Part shown: positions 9,799 to 19,040 of the stretch, piece after piece | Position numbering within the stretch: position 1 is the first letter of the stretch | How the letters are laid out: each line of letters starts with the position of its first letter | Assembly: GCF_000008645.1 (NCBI RefSeq) | Contig: NC_000916.1 | Coordinates: 1-32,000, forward strand | Length of the DNA: 32,000 bases | DNA from: Methanothermobacter thermautotrophicus str. Delta H | Lineage (GTDB): Archaea; Methanobacteriota; Methanobacteria; Methanobacteriales; Methanothermobacteraceae | Reading direction: 5' to 3' | Position numbers and translations under genes: made by a program | Notes under the pieces: generated by a model | The model's input: only the letters and a program-made list of their open reading frames with translations | Database searches by the model: none | Told to the model about the DNA's origin: nothing

Positions 9799-10125
9799 AT
9801 GAGGAAAAAATTTAAAAGACAGGAATACGCCCGATACAAGAAATTAGGGGAAAAATGGAGGAGACCAAGGGGCAGAACAAGCAAAATGAGGAGGTATGAA
9901 AAGGGTAAACCCGCTATGCCTGCAATAGGCTACAGGAAACCCAGTGAAGTTAGGGGTCTCCACCCATCAGGATACGAGGATGTCCTGGTTTCCAACATGA
10001 GGGAACTTGAGGCACTGGACCCTGAAAAACAGGCTGCAAGAATAGCTTCAGCTGTGGGGGCCAGGAAAAAAACCCTGATGCTTGAGAAGGCAAGGGAACT
10101 CGGCATCAAGGTTCTCAACCCGTAG
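9799..10125 (+). CDS. rpl32e: 50S ribosomal protein L32e (eL32)
   Basis: 108 aa ([29 protein letters not shown]). Confidence 0.94.
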   Translation: MRKKFKRQEYARYKKLGEKWRRPRGRTSKMRRYEKGKPAMPAIGYRKPSEVRGLHPSGYEDVLVSNMRELEALDPEKQAARIASAVGARKKTLMLEKARELGIKVLNP

Positions 10126-10128
10126 GGA

Positions 10129-10156
10129 GGACTGGAAGGGGCATATTTTCCAGTCC
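10129..10156 (+). promoter_or_regulatory. Perfect 9-bp inverted repeat (GGACTGGAA / TTCCAGTCC, 10-nt loop) followed by T-tracts; possible terminator/attenuator inside the spc-like operon
   Basis: Arms lie at 10129-10137 and 10148-10156, starting 4 nt after the L32e stop. T5 runs lie at 10167-10171 and 10189-10193, and a TATA-like CTTTTTAA at 10167-10174. Confidence 0.3.
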
Positions 10157-10234
10157 AGCGAAAAAACTTTTTAAGGGGATACCTGAAATTTTTCGGGTTT
10201 ATCAGCAAATGCTGAATACAAGGAGGTTTCTTGA

Positions 10235-10681
10235 ATGAATCTTACTACTCAGAAGAGATTAGCTGCAGACATACTCAAGGTAGGGGTTAACAGGATATGG
10301 ATAGACCCTGAAAGGATCGATGAGGTTTCAAGGGCAATAACAAGGGACGGTGTGAAGCAGCTAATAAAGGATGGCGCAATAAAGGCCAAACCCAAGAAGG
10401 GTATAAGCAGCTACAGGTCAAAGAAGATAGCCCAGCAGAAGAAGAAGGGACGAAGAAGGGGACCTGGAAGTATAAAGGGTGCAAAGGGTGCCAGAAGGCC
10501 CAAAAAGGATGAGTGGATGACCACCATAAGGGCACTGAGAAAGGACCTCAAGGAGATGAGGGACAACCGCGAAATAAACAAGAGCACCTACCGTAAACTG
10601 TACAAGATGGCCAAGGGCGGAGCCTTTAAGAGCAAATCTTACATGAAGACCTATGCCCGGGACCACGACATGCTCAGGTAG
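10235..10681 (+). CDS. rpl19e: 50S ribosomal protein L19e (eL19)
   Basis: 148 aa, N-terminus LTTQKRLAADILKVGVNRIWIDPE; AAGGAGG upstream. Confidence 0.95.
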   Translation: MNLTTQKRLAADILKVGVNRIWIDPERIDEVSRAITRDGVKQLIKDGAIKAKPKKGISSYRSKKIAQQKKKGRRRGPGSIKGAKGARRPKKDEWMTTIRALRKDLKEMRDNREINKSTYRKLYKMAKGGAFKSKSYMKTYARDHDMLR

Positions 10682-10692
10682 GAGGGATTTGA

Positions 10693-11271
10693 TTGGCACA
10701 TGGACCAAGATACAAGCTGGCATTTAGAAGAAGAAGGGAAGGTAAAACTGATTACCGGGCCCGCTACAAAATGGTAGAAACAGGTAAATCAAGGCTCGTC
10801 GTCAGGATAACGACATATCACGTTATTGCACAGATAATCAACGTGGGCATGAACGGAGACGAAACACTTGTCTCAGCCCACTCAAAACAGCTCCAGAAAA
10901 TGGGATGGCTTGGAGGTACAAGCAACACAGCAGCAGCCTACCTCACAGGTTACCTGTGCGGTAAAAGGGCTCTGAAGGAGGGTATAGAGGAGGCTGTCCT
11001 TGACATAGGACTGAGACCAGCCATCAGGGGCTCAAAGGTATTCGCTGCACTCAAGGGGGCTGTTGACGCAGGACTCAATGTACCCCACGGTGAATCAGTG
11101 CTGCCCGATGAATCAAGAATCAGGGGAGAACACATAATGGAGTACGCAGAATCCCTTGATGAGGAAGAACTCCGGAAGAGGTTTTCAAAGTACCTTGAAA
11201 GGGGTCTTTCCCCTGTGGATCTGCCGGAACACTTTGATGAAATCAAAAAGAGAATAGATGAAGAGGTATGA
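10693..11271 (+). CDS. rpl18: 50S ribosomal protein L18 (uL18)
   Basis: 192 aa with a TTG start after GGAGGGA; (M)[20 protein letters not shown] is the typical archaeal uL18 N-terminus. Confidence 0.95.
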   Translation: MAHGPRYKLAFRRRREGKTDYRARYKMVETGKSRLVVRITTYHVIAQIINVGMNGDETLVSAHSKQLQKMGWLGGTSNTAAAYLTGYLCGKRALKEGIEEAVLDIGLRPAIRGSKVFAALKGAVDAGLNVPHGESVLPDESRIRGEHIMEYAESLDEEELRKRFSKYLERGLSPVDLPEHFDEIKKRIDEEV

Positions 11272-11918
11272 TTATGAACTTCAACATGGAGGAATGGGAG
11301 CCAAGGACCCAGCTGGGACGCCTTGTAAAGGAGGGTGTCATAACAAGCATCGATGAGATCTTTGAAGAGGGACACCCCATAATGGAACTTGAGATAATCG
11401 ATGCACTGCTTCCTGACCTTGAGGAGGAAGTTATCGACGTCAACCTTGTCCAGAGGATGCACAAGTCAGGGAGAAAGGTTAACTTCAGGGTCATTGTTGC
11501 AGTTGGTAACAAGGACGGTTACGTCGGACTCGGGCAGGGTAAGGCAAGGGAGGTCGGTCCCGCCATCAGGAAGGCAGTTGACGATGCAAAGTTCAACATA
11601 ATAAAGGTCAGAAGAGGATGCGGTGACTGGGGATGTGTCTGTGGAAGGGAACACACCGTACCCTTCAAGGTCTCCGGTAAGAGCGGCAGTGTCCGCGTGA
11701 CCCTCATACCCGCACCTGGTGGTGTTGGACTCGCAATAGGTGACGTGGGCAAGACCATAATGAGACTTGCAGGTATAGACGATGTATGGTCACATACACG
11801 TGGACAGACACAGACCACAGTTAACTTCGCCAGGGCAACCTTCGACGCCCTCAAACAGCTGAGCAAAGTAAAGGCAAGCGAGAAGGACCTTAAGAACCTC
11901 GGTGTTTGCAGTACCTGA
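11268..11918 (+). CDS. rps5: 30S ribosomal protein S5 (uS5)
   Basis: 216 aa with an ATGA overlap onto the L18 stop; ATG 11274 is an alternative start. Contains the uS5 dsRBD core ([21 protein letters not shown]). Confidence 0.95.
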   Translation: MIMNFNMEEWEPRTQLGRLVKEGVITSIDEIFEEGHPIMELEIIDALLPDLEEEVIDVNLVQRMHKSGRKVNFRVIVAVGNKDGYVGLGQGKAREVGPAIRKAVDDAKFNIIKVRRGCGDWGCVCGREHTVPFKVSGKSGSVRVTLIPAPGGVGLAIGDVGKTIMRLAGIDDVWSHTRGQTQTTVNFARATFDALKQLSKVKASEKDLKNLGVCST

Positions 11919-11930
11919 AGGTGATTCTAG

Positions 11931-12389
11931 ATGTTCGCAGTAGTAAGGGTAAGGGGATCAGCAGGTGTTCGAAGGGACATAGCTGACACCATGGAAATGT
12001 TAAGGCTCAACAGGATAAACCACGCCGTCCTGGTTGAGGACACACCCAGCTACCTTGGCATGCTCCAGAAGGCCAAGGACTACATAACCTGGGGTGAAGT
12101 CGACCAGGAAACCCTGACAGCCATGATAAGGAAGAGGGGAAGACTCATCGGGGGAGACAGGATAACCGATGAGTACATAAATGAGAAAACCGCTTACGGT
12201 TCCGTCGATGAGTTTGCTGCAGCCGTCTTCAGCGGCGAGGTTAAACTTGAGGAAGCAGGAATAAAACCTGTATTCAGACTGCACCCCCCAAGAAAGGGAT
12301 ACGAAGGCATAAAAAAGGCCTTCAATGAGGGCGGAAGCCTTGGATATCGCGGCGAAAAGATAAATGACCTTTTGAAAAGGATGATCTAG
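11931..12389 (+). CDS. rpl30: 50S ribosomal protein L30 (uL30)
   Basis: 152 aa, [26 protein letters not shown]. Confidence 0.94.
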
Positions 12390-12401
12390 GAGGAATCACT
12401 C

Positions 12402-12842
12402 ATGATCAGAAAAAGACGAAAGATCACAAGGATGAGGGGCTCACGCACCGTCGGTGGAGGATGCTCCAAGAAGAGGAGGGGAGCAGGTCACCGCGGTGGT
12501 AGAGGACAGGCCGGTGGGCACAAACACCACTGGACATGGATAGTCAAGTACGACCCAAAACACTTCGGGAAATACGGCTTCAAGAGGCCCCAGAAACTCA
12601 TAAAGAGGCTGGAAACAGTTAACCTGGCCTACCTGGATGAAATGATACCAGAACTCCTTGAGAGGGGAGTTGCATCCGAGGAGGACGGAATGGTGGTGCT
12701 GGATGTCCGCGACCTTGGATTTGAAAAGGTCCTCGGAAGCGGAAGGATCACAAGGCCCGTCCATCTCAAGGCATACGAGTTCTCCAGGAGCGCCACCGAG
12801 AAGATCGAAGAGGCCGGAGGAAAGGCTGAAGTCATAGAGTGA
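12402..12842 (+). CDS. rpl15: 50S ribosomal protein L15 (uL15)
   Basis: 146 aa with a Gly/Arg-rich N-terminus (GAGHRGGRGQAGGHKHHW). Confidence 0.94.
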   Translation: MIRKRRKITRMRGSRTVGGGCSKKRRGAGHRGGRGQAGGHKHHWTWIVKYDPKHFGKYGFKRPQKLIKRLETVNLAYLDEMIPELLERGVASEEDGMVVLDVRDLGFEKVLGSGRITRPVHLKAYEFSRSATEKIEEAGGKAEVIE

Positions 12843-12867
12843 AACCAGCTGACAAGGAGTGGAGCAG

Positions 12868-14229
12868 TTGAAGGAAAAATTTGAACCCCTATTCTCAGTC
12901 CTGCCCCAGGTAAAGTCACCTGGTTACAGGGTTCCCTTCAGGGAGAAACTCAAATGGACGGGCATAATCCTTGTCCTTTATTTCTTCCTGGCCCAGATAC
13001 CCCTTTATGGTTTGAGTGCAAATGCAGTGGACCAGTTTGCCCAGTTCAGGGCTGTGCTCGCAGGAAACTTTGGTTCAATACTCACCCTGGGTATAGGTCC
13101 AATAGTATCAGCATCAATCATACTCCAGCTCCTGGTAGGGGGTAAGATCCTTAAACTTGACCTTTCGAGGCATGAGGATAAGGCGTTTTTCCAGGGACTG
13201 CAGAAGCTCCTTGCCATTGTATTCACATTCTTCGAGGCCCTGATATTCGTACTCACAGGGTCACTGGCACCATCAGCTCCACAGTTTGTCTGGGTCCTCA
13301 TACTCCAGCTCACCATCGGAGGGATACTGATAATATTCCTTGATGAGGTGGTTTCCAAGTGGGGATTCGGTAGCGGTGTCGGACTATTCATCGCAGCGGG
13401 AGTATCCCAGGAGATAATCGTGGGTGCATTCAACCCGCTCTCAGCACCCACCCAGCCAGGGGTGCCTGCAGGTAGAATAACAGGTTTCCTCTACCTCCTA
13501 TTCACAGGGCAGTCACCGGACTTCCAGTACTATGTGCTCCCTGTACTGGCCCTCATAGCTGTGTTCCTTGTGGTTGTATACGCGGAGAGTATGCGTGTTG
13601 AGATACCCATATCCATGGGTGGGGGTAAGAGGCTCTCAAGGGGTGCTGTTGGAAAGTATCCCCTCAGGTTCATATACGCAAGTAACATGCCGGTTATACT
13701 CACAAGCGCCCTCCTCCTCAACGTCCAGCTCCTTGCCAATGTCTTCCAGAAACTGGGATACCCCATACTGGGTACCGTCAGCAATGGACAGGCAGTTGAT
13801 GGGCTGGCATATCTCCTGACAGCCCCCAGGTCCATCGACGCCCTCATACTCGACCCCTTCAGGGTCGTCTTCTATGCGGTTGTATTCATCGGACTCTGTG
13901 TCCTCTTTGCCTGGCTCTGGGTTGAGATAAGTAACATCGGCCCGAGGCATGTTGCGAGGCAGCTGTACCAGATGGGTATGCAGATACCTGGCTTCAGGAG
14001 CAGCAGGGGCCAGTTTGAGAAGATACTTAAACGCTACATACCCACCATAACCATACTTGGTGGAGCATTTGTGGGGCTCCTTGCATTCGTGGCTGACCTC
14101 ACAGGTTCACTCGGTGGAGGAACAGGTGTACTTCTCACCGTGGGTATAGTTTACAGACTCTATGAGGAGATAGCCCAGGAACAGCTCATGGACATGCACC
14201 CGATACTTCGAAGCTTCCTGGGTGATTAG
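12868..14229 (+). CDS. secY: Preprotein translocase subunit SecY
   Basis: Polytopic membrane protein with an FREKLKWTG start-of-TM1 motif, in the expected position after L15. TTG 12868 follows AAGGAGTGGAG. The ORF-track GTG 12859 overlaps that SD and is an alternative start. Confidence 0.93.
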   Translation: MKEKFEPLFSVLPQVKSPGYRVPFREKLKWTGIILVLYFFLAQIPLYGLSANAVDQFAQFRAVLAGNFGSILTLGIGPIVSASIILQLLVGGKILKLDLSRHEDKAFFQGLQKLLAIVFTFFEALIFVLTGSLAPSAPQFVWVLILQLTIGGILIIFLDEVVSKWGFGSGVGLFIAAGVSQEIIVGAFNPLSAPTQPGVPAGRITGFLYLLFTGQSPDFQYYVLPVLALIAVFLVVVYAESMRVEIPISMGGGKRLSRGAVGKYPLRFIYASNMPVILTSALLLNVQLLANVFQKLGYPILGTVSNGQAVDGLAYLLTAPRSIDALILDPFRVVFYAVVFIGLCVLFAWLWVEISNIGPRHVARQLYQMGMQIPGFRSSRGQFEKILKRYIPTITILGGAFVGLLAFVADLTGSLGGGTGVLLTVGIVYRLYEEIAQEQLMDMHPILRSFLGD

Positions 14230-14251
14230 AACTAAATTCGGAAGTGGTACC

Positions 14252-14809
14252 ATGAAGGTTGTTGTAGTTGCGGGAATACCTGGTTCAGGAAGCACAACGG
14301 TCCTTGAGAACACCCTTAAGGAGCTTGACTATCTCAATGTGAACTACGGGGACGTCATGCTTGAAATAGCGGTTGAGAAGGGCCTCGTTGAAAACAGGGA
14401 TCAGATGAGGACACTCCCACCTGAGGTTCAGAAGGATATACAGAGGGCTGCTGCGAAAAGTATAAGAGAAAGGTCACTGGAGAATAATATAATCGTCGAC
14501 ACACACTGCACCATAAAGACGCCCGCTGGTTTTCTGCCAGGTCTTCCAGTATGGGTACTTGAGGAACTGGAACCTGACATGTTTGTGCTTGTTGAAGCCG
14601 ATGCAGAGGAGATCTTCACAAGGAGAATAAGTGACAAAACAAGGGACAGGGATGTGGAGTCCCTGCAGGAGATTGACCTGCATCAGCAGATGAACAGGGC
14701 CGCTGCGATGGCCTATGCAACACTCACAGGCGCAACGGTTAAAATAGTTAAGAACCATAACAACCAGCTTGAGTCTGCAGTCAGTGAGATGAAAAGCGTT
14801 CTGGAGTAA
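14252..14809 (+). CDS. adkA: Archaeal-type adenylate kinase
   Basis: MKVVVVAGIPGSGSTT (P-loop) starts at ATG 14252. The ORF-track start at 14222 overlaps the SecY 3' end. Confidence 0.92.
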   Translation: MKVVVVAGIPGSGSTTVLENTLKELDYLNVNYGDVMLEIAVEKGLVENRDQMRTLPPEVQKDIQRAAAKSIRERSLENNIIVDTHCTIKTPAGFLPGLPVWVLEELEPDMFVLVEADAEEIFTRRISDKTRDRDVESLQEIDLHQQMNRAAAMAYATLTGATVKIVKNHNNQLESAVSEMKSVLE

Positions 14810-14827
14810 GGTAAAGAGGAAAATAAA

Positions 14828-15394
14828 ATGGTGCTTGAAATTGTTTACGGGGCGCTGAATGCTGTTTTCGGCCCATTCATTGCAATGGACCCGAATCCAC
14901 AGAACCCCATCTTAACGGTTTTCCTGATATCGGCCATCGTGGCCTTCGTAATAACCCTGGCCAACAAGCTCCTTGTGGACCAGGAGAGGCTGGAGGAACT
15001 CAAGGTTGAGATGCAGGAATTCCAGCAGGAAATGATGGAGGCAAGGAAGAAGAATGACATGGCTGCACTGGAGGAGATCCAGAAGAAACAGATGGAGTTC
15101 ATGGATAAGCAGCGCGAAATGATGACCATGTCATTCAAGCCGATGATAGTCACATTCATACCAATAATCCTTGTCTTCTACTGGATGGGACAGGAGCCAC
15201 ACATAGTCAATACACTGGTCATATTACCCCAGATTGCATACTACGTCCTCCTTGTCCCCCTGTGGCACATGTTCTATGGCATGCCACCAAACGCCCCATC
15301 CTATGCCATAGGATGGCTCGGATGGTACATATTATGCTCCTTTGCCATGTCCCAGATATTCAGGAAATTCATGGGACTTAAAGGTGGAATGTAA
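14828..15394 (+). CDS. DUF106 membrane protein (Oxa1/YidC/EMC3-like insertase family)
   Basis: 188 aa. TM1 is followed by a charged coiled-coil (ERLEELKVEMQEFQQEMMEARKK) and then two further hydrophobic segments, which is the DUF106 architecture. It sits in the conserved position after secY-adk. Confidence 0.8.
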   Translation: MVLEIVYGALNAVFGPFIAMDPNPQNPILTVFLISAIVAFVITLANKLLVDQERLEELKVEMQEFQQEMMEARKKNDMAALEEIQKKQMEFMDKQREMMTMSFKPMIVTFIPIILVFYWMGQEPHIVNTLVILPQIAYYVLLVPLWHMFYGMPPNAPSYAIGWLGWYILCSFAMSQIFRKFMGLKGGM

Positions 15395-15412
15395 GGTTAT
15401 GGAGAGATAAAA

Positions 15413-15679
15413 ATGCCAGAGTTAAGATACAGATCCAGATCATATAAGAGAATCTTCAAGAAAACACCTGGAGGAAGGACAGTTACCCATTACCGCAGAA
15501 AGAAACCTTCAAAGCATGTATGTGCTGGCTGCGGAAAGCCACTCCACGGTGTTCCAAGAGGAAGACCCTACGAGATAAGAAAACTCTCAAAATCCAAGAA
15601 GAGGCCCAACCGACCATACGGTGGTTACTACTGCTCAAGCTGCGCACGCAAAGTCTTTAAAAAAGAGGCAAGGTCATAA
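15413..15679 (+). CDS. rpl34e: 50S ribosomal protein L34e (eL34)
   Basis: 88 aa with RYRSRSYKR and [10 protein letters not shown]...CSSC zinc-ribbon motifs. Confidence 0.93.
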
Positions 15680-16164
15680 TGATCATAACCATCGGTGGTC
15701 TGGCAGGAACCGGCACAACGACAGTCGCCAGGATACTCTCTGAGAGGATGGGTATCCCCTGTGTATCTGCTGGAGATGTCTTCAGGCAGATGGCTGCTGA
15801 GAGGGAACTTGACATCCTTGAATTCAGCAGGATTGCAGAGGAAAACCCTGAAATTGACATTGAAATTGACAGGAGACAGGCCAGACTTGCAGATGAACAC
15901 GAGGACCTCATACTTGAGGGCAGACTCTCTGCCCACTTCGCAAGGGCCGACCTTAAGGTGCTCCTCATAGCGCCCTTCGATGTCAGGGCCCAGCGCATAA
16001 GTGTCCGGGAATCAAAGGACATAGAGACGGTCAGAGAGGAGATCCGGATACGTGAGAGGAGCGAGGCCCAGAGGTACAGGGAGATTCATGGAATAGATGT
16101 GGATGACCTTGAGGTATATGACATTGTGATAAACACCAACCGTTTTGACGCCGAGGCTAGCTGA
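15679..16164 (+). CDS. cmk: Archaeal cytidylate kinase (apparently C-terminally truncated or frameshifted)
   Basis: [21 protein letters not shown] (P-loop), with a TAATG overlap onto the L34e stop. The ORF stops at TGA 16162-16164, but the +1 frame continues as [12 protein letters not shown] to a TAA that overlaps the L14e ATG. Confidence 0.85.
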   Translation: MIITIGGLAGTGTTTVARILSERMGIPCVSAGDVFRQMAAERELDILEFSRIAEENPEIDIEIDRRQARLADEHEDLILEGRLSAHFARADLKVLLIAPFDVRAQRISVRESKDIETVREEIRIRERSEAQRYREIHGIDVDDLEVYDIVINTNRFDAEAS

Positions 16165-16194
16165 CATCATACTAAAAGTTACTGAGGTGATTTA

Positions 16195-16422
16195 ATGGCA
16201 GCAATAGAAGTTGGAAGAGTATGTGTAAAAACCGCAGGAAGAGAAGCCGGTGAAAATGGCGTGATACTCGATATCATCGACAAAAACTTCGTTGAAGTTG
16301 TGGGTGTTAACGTTAAAAATAGAAGGTGCAACGTGAGCCACCTCGAACCCACTGAGAATAAGATAGAACTCAAGTCAGATGATATTGAGGAGATAAAGAA
16401 GGAACTTGAATCCCTGGAATAA
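16195..16422 (+). CDS. rpl14e: 50S ribosomal protein L14e (eL14)
   Basis: 75 aa, KOW-like ([21 protein letters not shown]); GAGGTGA upstream. Confidence 0.92.
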   Translation: MAAIEVGRVCVKTAGREAGENGVILDIIDKNFVEVVGVNVKNRRCNVSHLEPTENKIELKSDDIEEIKKELESLE

Positions 16423-16431
16423 ACTCACCTC

Positions 16432-16438
16432 TTTTTTT
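16432..16438 (+). terminator. T7 tract: candidate archaeal oligo-dT termination signal
   Basis: Seven consecutive T at 16432-16438, 10 nt after the L14e stop and 14 nt before the cbf5 ATG. Confidence 0.35.
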
Positions 16439-16451
16439 GCAGGTATCCCTC

Positions 16452-17411
16452 ATGGCAAACTTCATTGAACTAAAGGAGGCCACCACAAACCCTGACTACG
16501 GGTGCCCACCGGCTGAACGGGACATTGAGGCCCATATATCCATGGGTGTTGTGAACCTTGATAAACCCTCAGGTCCAACATCCCATCAGGTGGATTCATG
16601 GGTCAGGGACATGCTCCACGTGGAGAAGGTGGGACACGGCGGCACACTCGACCCGAAGGTTACTGGTGTGCTCCCCCTGGGAATAGACAGGGCCACCAGG
16701 GTCATGCAGCTCCTCCTGGAGGCTCCTAAGGAGTACGTTTGCCTCATGAGGGTCCACAGGGAGGTGGATGAGGAAAGAATAAGGGAGGTCCTGGGGGAAT
16801 TTCAGGGGAAGATATTCCAGATACCCCCACTCAAATCCGCAGTTAAAAGGGATCTCCGCGTCAGAACAATCTACCGTGTGGATATACTGGAGGTGGATGG
16901 TCAGGATGTTCTCTTCAGGATAGCCTGTGAGGCGGGGACCTATGTGAGAAAGTACTGCCACGATGTTGGCGAGGCCCTTGGTGCAGGTGCCCACATGGCT
17001 GAACTCAGACGCACAGCCGTGGGACCCTTCACAGAGGAGGGCCTTGTGACACTCCATGATCTCAAGGACGCATACCAGTTCTGGGTTGAGGATGGAGATG
17101 AGACCTTCCTGAGGGAGTGCATCCTCCCCATGGAGTTTGCAGTGGGTCACCTCCCCCGTGTGGTTATCCTGGACTCGGCGGTTGATGCAATATGCCATGG
17201 CGCTGATCTTGCACGTGGCGGTATAGCCGGACTGGATGATAACATAGCCTGGGGGGACACCGTCGCCATAATGACCCTCAAGGGCGAACTGGTGGGTGTT
17301 GGCGAGGCATCCATGTCTGCACTGGATATTGCAGCGGCAGATGGTGGTCTTGTTATTGAAACCCGCAAGGTCTTCATGGAACCGGGAACCTACCCGAGGA
17401 TGTGGCGCTAG
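16452..17411 (+). CDS. cbf5: H/ACA RNP pseudouridine synthase Cbf5 (TruB family)
   Basis: Contains the GVVNLDKPSGPTSHQV and HGGTLDPKVTGVLP catalytic-Asp motifs and a C-terminal PUA-like region. The ATG 16452 N-terminus is MANFIELKE; the ORF-track TTG 16437 lies inside the T tract. Confidence 0.93.
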   Translation: MANFIELKEATTNPDYGCPPAERDIEAHISMGVVNLDKPSGPTSHQVDSWVRDMLHVEKVGHGGTLDPKVTGVLPLGIDRATRVMQLLLEAPKEYVCLMRVHREVDEERIREVLGEFQGKIFQIPPLKSAVKRDLRVRTIYRVDILEVDGQDVLFRIACEAGTYVRKYCHDVGEALGAGAHMAELRRTAVGPFTEEGLVTLHDLKDAYQFWVEDGDETFLRECILPMEFAVGHLPRVVILDSAVDAICHGADLARGGIAGLDDNIAWGDTVAIMTLKGELVGVGEASMSALDIAAADGGLVIETRKVFMEPGTYPRMWR

Positions 17412-17444
17412 AAACCGACGGCAGCAATACTTAAATAGATGTCA

Positions 17445-17452
17445 TAATATAC
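17445..17452 (+). promoter_or_regulatory. Candidate TATA box (ATAATATA) for tRNA-Ser
   Basis: An AT-only octamer centred about 25 nt upstream of the tRNA 5' end at 17473. Confidence 0.45.
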
Positions 17453-17472
17453 AGTTATATGATACATCCTGT

Positions 17473-17557
<85 letters not shown>

Positions 17558-17597
17558 TCGGTTAAAGCAACCCTGTTGCACCTACGACTCTTATGAA

Positions 17598-17626
17598 GAA
17601 TTCGCAAACCCCCGTCCCGCGAATTC
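17598..17626 (+). promoter_or_regulatory. 8-bp perfect inverted repeat (GAATTCGC / GCGAATTC, 13-nt C-rich loop) in the leader of the S13-S4-S11-rpoD block
   Basis: Arms lie at 17598-17605 and 17619-17626. A second small hairpin, GCAAC-CCT-GTTGC, lies at 17567-17579. The SD GGAGG is at 17636-17640. Confidence 0.3.
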
Positions 17627-17647
17627 ACTCTTACTGGAGGTTAATGA

Positions 17648-18097
17648 ATGGAAGAAGAATTCAAACATATGGTTCGTATTGCCAGAAAGGACATTGATGG
17701 TAATAAGACCATGGAAAATGCCCTTACAAGTATAAAGGGCGTTGGTAAGGCTCTTTCAAGGGCAATAATCATGTCAGCAGGATACGATCTCAATCAGAGA
17801 ATAGGCTACCTTTCCGATGAGGAAATAGAGAGACTTGAAGAGGCCATAAAGAACCCTGCCAAGTATAACATCCCATCATGGATGATCAACAGGCGTAACG
17901 ATTACGAGACAGGCGAGGACAAGCACCTCATAGAATCTGACCTCGAAATGTGCCTCAGAGAGGACCTCAACAGGATGAGGAAAACAAGGAGCTACAAGGG
18001 AAGGAGACACGAACTTGGACTACCTGTCAGGGGACAGAGGACAAAGTCAACATTTAGGAAAGGCTCCTCAGTTGGTGTGAGAAGGAAGAAGAGATAG
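17648..18097 (+). CDS. rps13: 30S ribosomal protein S13 (uS13)
   Basis: 149 aa with [20 protein letters not shown] and RGQRTKS motifs. Confidence 0.95.
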   Translation: MEEEFKHMVRIARKDIDGNKTMENALTSIKGVGKALSRAIIMSAGYDLNQRIGYLSDEEIERLEEAIKNPAKYNIPSWMINRRNDYETGEDKHLIESDLEMCLREDLNRMRKTRSYKGRRHELGLPVRGQRTKSTFRKGSSVGVRRKKR

Positions 18098-18113
18098 TTA
18101 AGGAGATGTTAAA

Positions 18114-18629
18114 ATGGGACACCCACGTAAGGCAAGGAAAAAGTATGATACTCCACCTCACCCATGGAACGCTGAAAGAATAAAGGAAGAAAACAGGCTC
18201 GTGGCAAAATACGGCCTCAAGAACAAGAAGGAAGTCTGGAAAGCAGAGACAATGGTGAGGAGATACAGGAGGGACGCAAGGTACCTCCTTGGTATGGCCA
18301 GTGAACACACAGGGAAGGAGAGGGAACAGCTCCTGGGCCACCTCGTCAGGACAGGAATACTCAACGAGGGCGCCAAACTCGAGGACGTCCTGGACCTCAC
18401 AGTGGAGGACGTGCTCAGGAGAAGACTCCAGACACTGGTCCACAAGAGGGGACTTGCAAGGACCGTGAAGGAGGCCAGGCAGATGGTCATCCACGGCCAC
18501 ATAGCCCTTGACGGAAGGAAGATCGACGCCCCGGGATACATAGTTAAAAGGGGAGAAGAGGATAAGATAGGGTTCTACCCATCATCCCCAATGAAAAAAC
18601 AGATAGAAGCAGCCCAGGACGCTGAATAA
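18114..18629 (+). CDS. rps4: 30S ribosomal protein S4 (uS4)
   Basis: 171 aa with an S4 RNA-binding domain ([32 protein letters not shown]). Confidence 0.95.
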   Translation: MGHPRKARKKYDTPPHPWNAERIKEENRLVAKYGLKNKKEVWKAETMVRRYRRDARYLLGMASEHTGKEREQLLGHLVRTGILNEGAKLEDVLDLTVEDVLRRRLQTLVHKRGLARTVKEARQMVIHGHIALDGRKIDAPGYIVKRGEEDKIGFYPSSPMKKQIEAAQDAE

Positions 18630-18646
18630 TTTCAGGGAGAGATAAA

Positions 18647-19039
18647 ATGGCTGAGAAGGAAAAATGGGGAATTGCAAATATTTACTCATCATTCAACAAC
18701 ACAATAATCACCATCACAGACATAACCGGTGCAGAGACCATAACACAGTGGTCCGGTGGTAAGGTTGTGAGGGCGGACCGTCAGGAGTCCTCACCCTTCG
18801 CTGCAATGGAGGCCGCAACAAGGGCAGCTGATGATGCAAAGGAGAAGGGCATCGTCGGCCTGCACATAAAGGTCAGGGCTCCTGGTGGAAACGGTCCAAG
18901 GACACCCGGACCAGGTGCACAGGCAGCCATAAGGGCACTGGCAAGGGCTGGAATGAGGATAGGTAAAATTGAGGATGTAACTCCCATACCTCACGATGGA
19001 ACAGGTAGACCTGGAGGTAAGAGGGGAAGAAGGGTCTAA
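18647..19039 (+). CDS. rps11: 30S ribosomal protein S11 (uS11)
   Basis: 130 aa with [17 protein letters not shown] and [18 protein letters not shown] motifs. Confidence 0.95.
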   Translation: MAEKEKWGIANIYSSFNNTIITITDITGAETITQWSGGKVVRADRQESSPFAAMEAATRAADDAKEKGIVGLHIKVRAPGGNGPRTPGPGAQAAIRALARAGMRIGKIEDVTPIPHDGTGRPGGKRGRRV

Positions 19040-19040
19040 A

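Noticed and set aside
10126-10234. Possible box C/D sRNA in the L32e-L19e gap. CTGA D-box-like motifs lie at 10183-10186 and 10212-10215.
   Set aside because: No RUGAUGA C box or C'/D' arrangement, and no terminal stem. CTGA tetramers alone are expected by chance.
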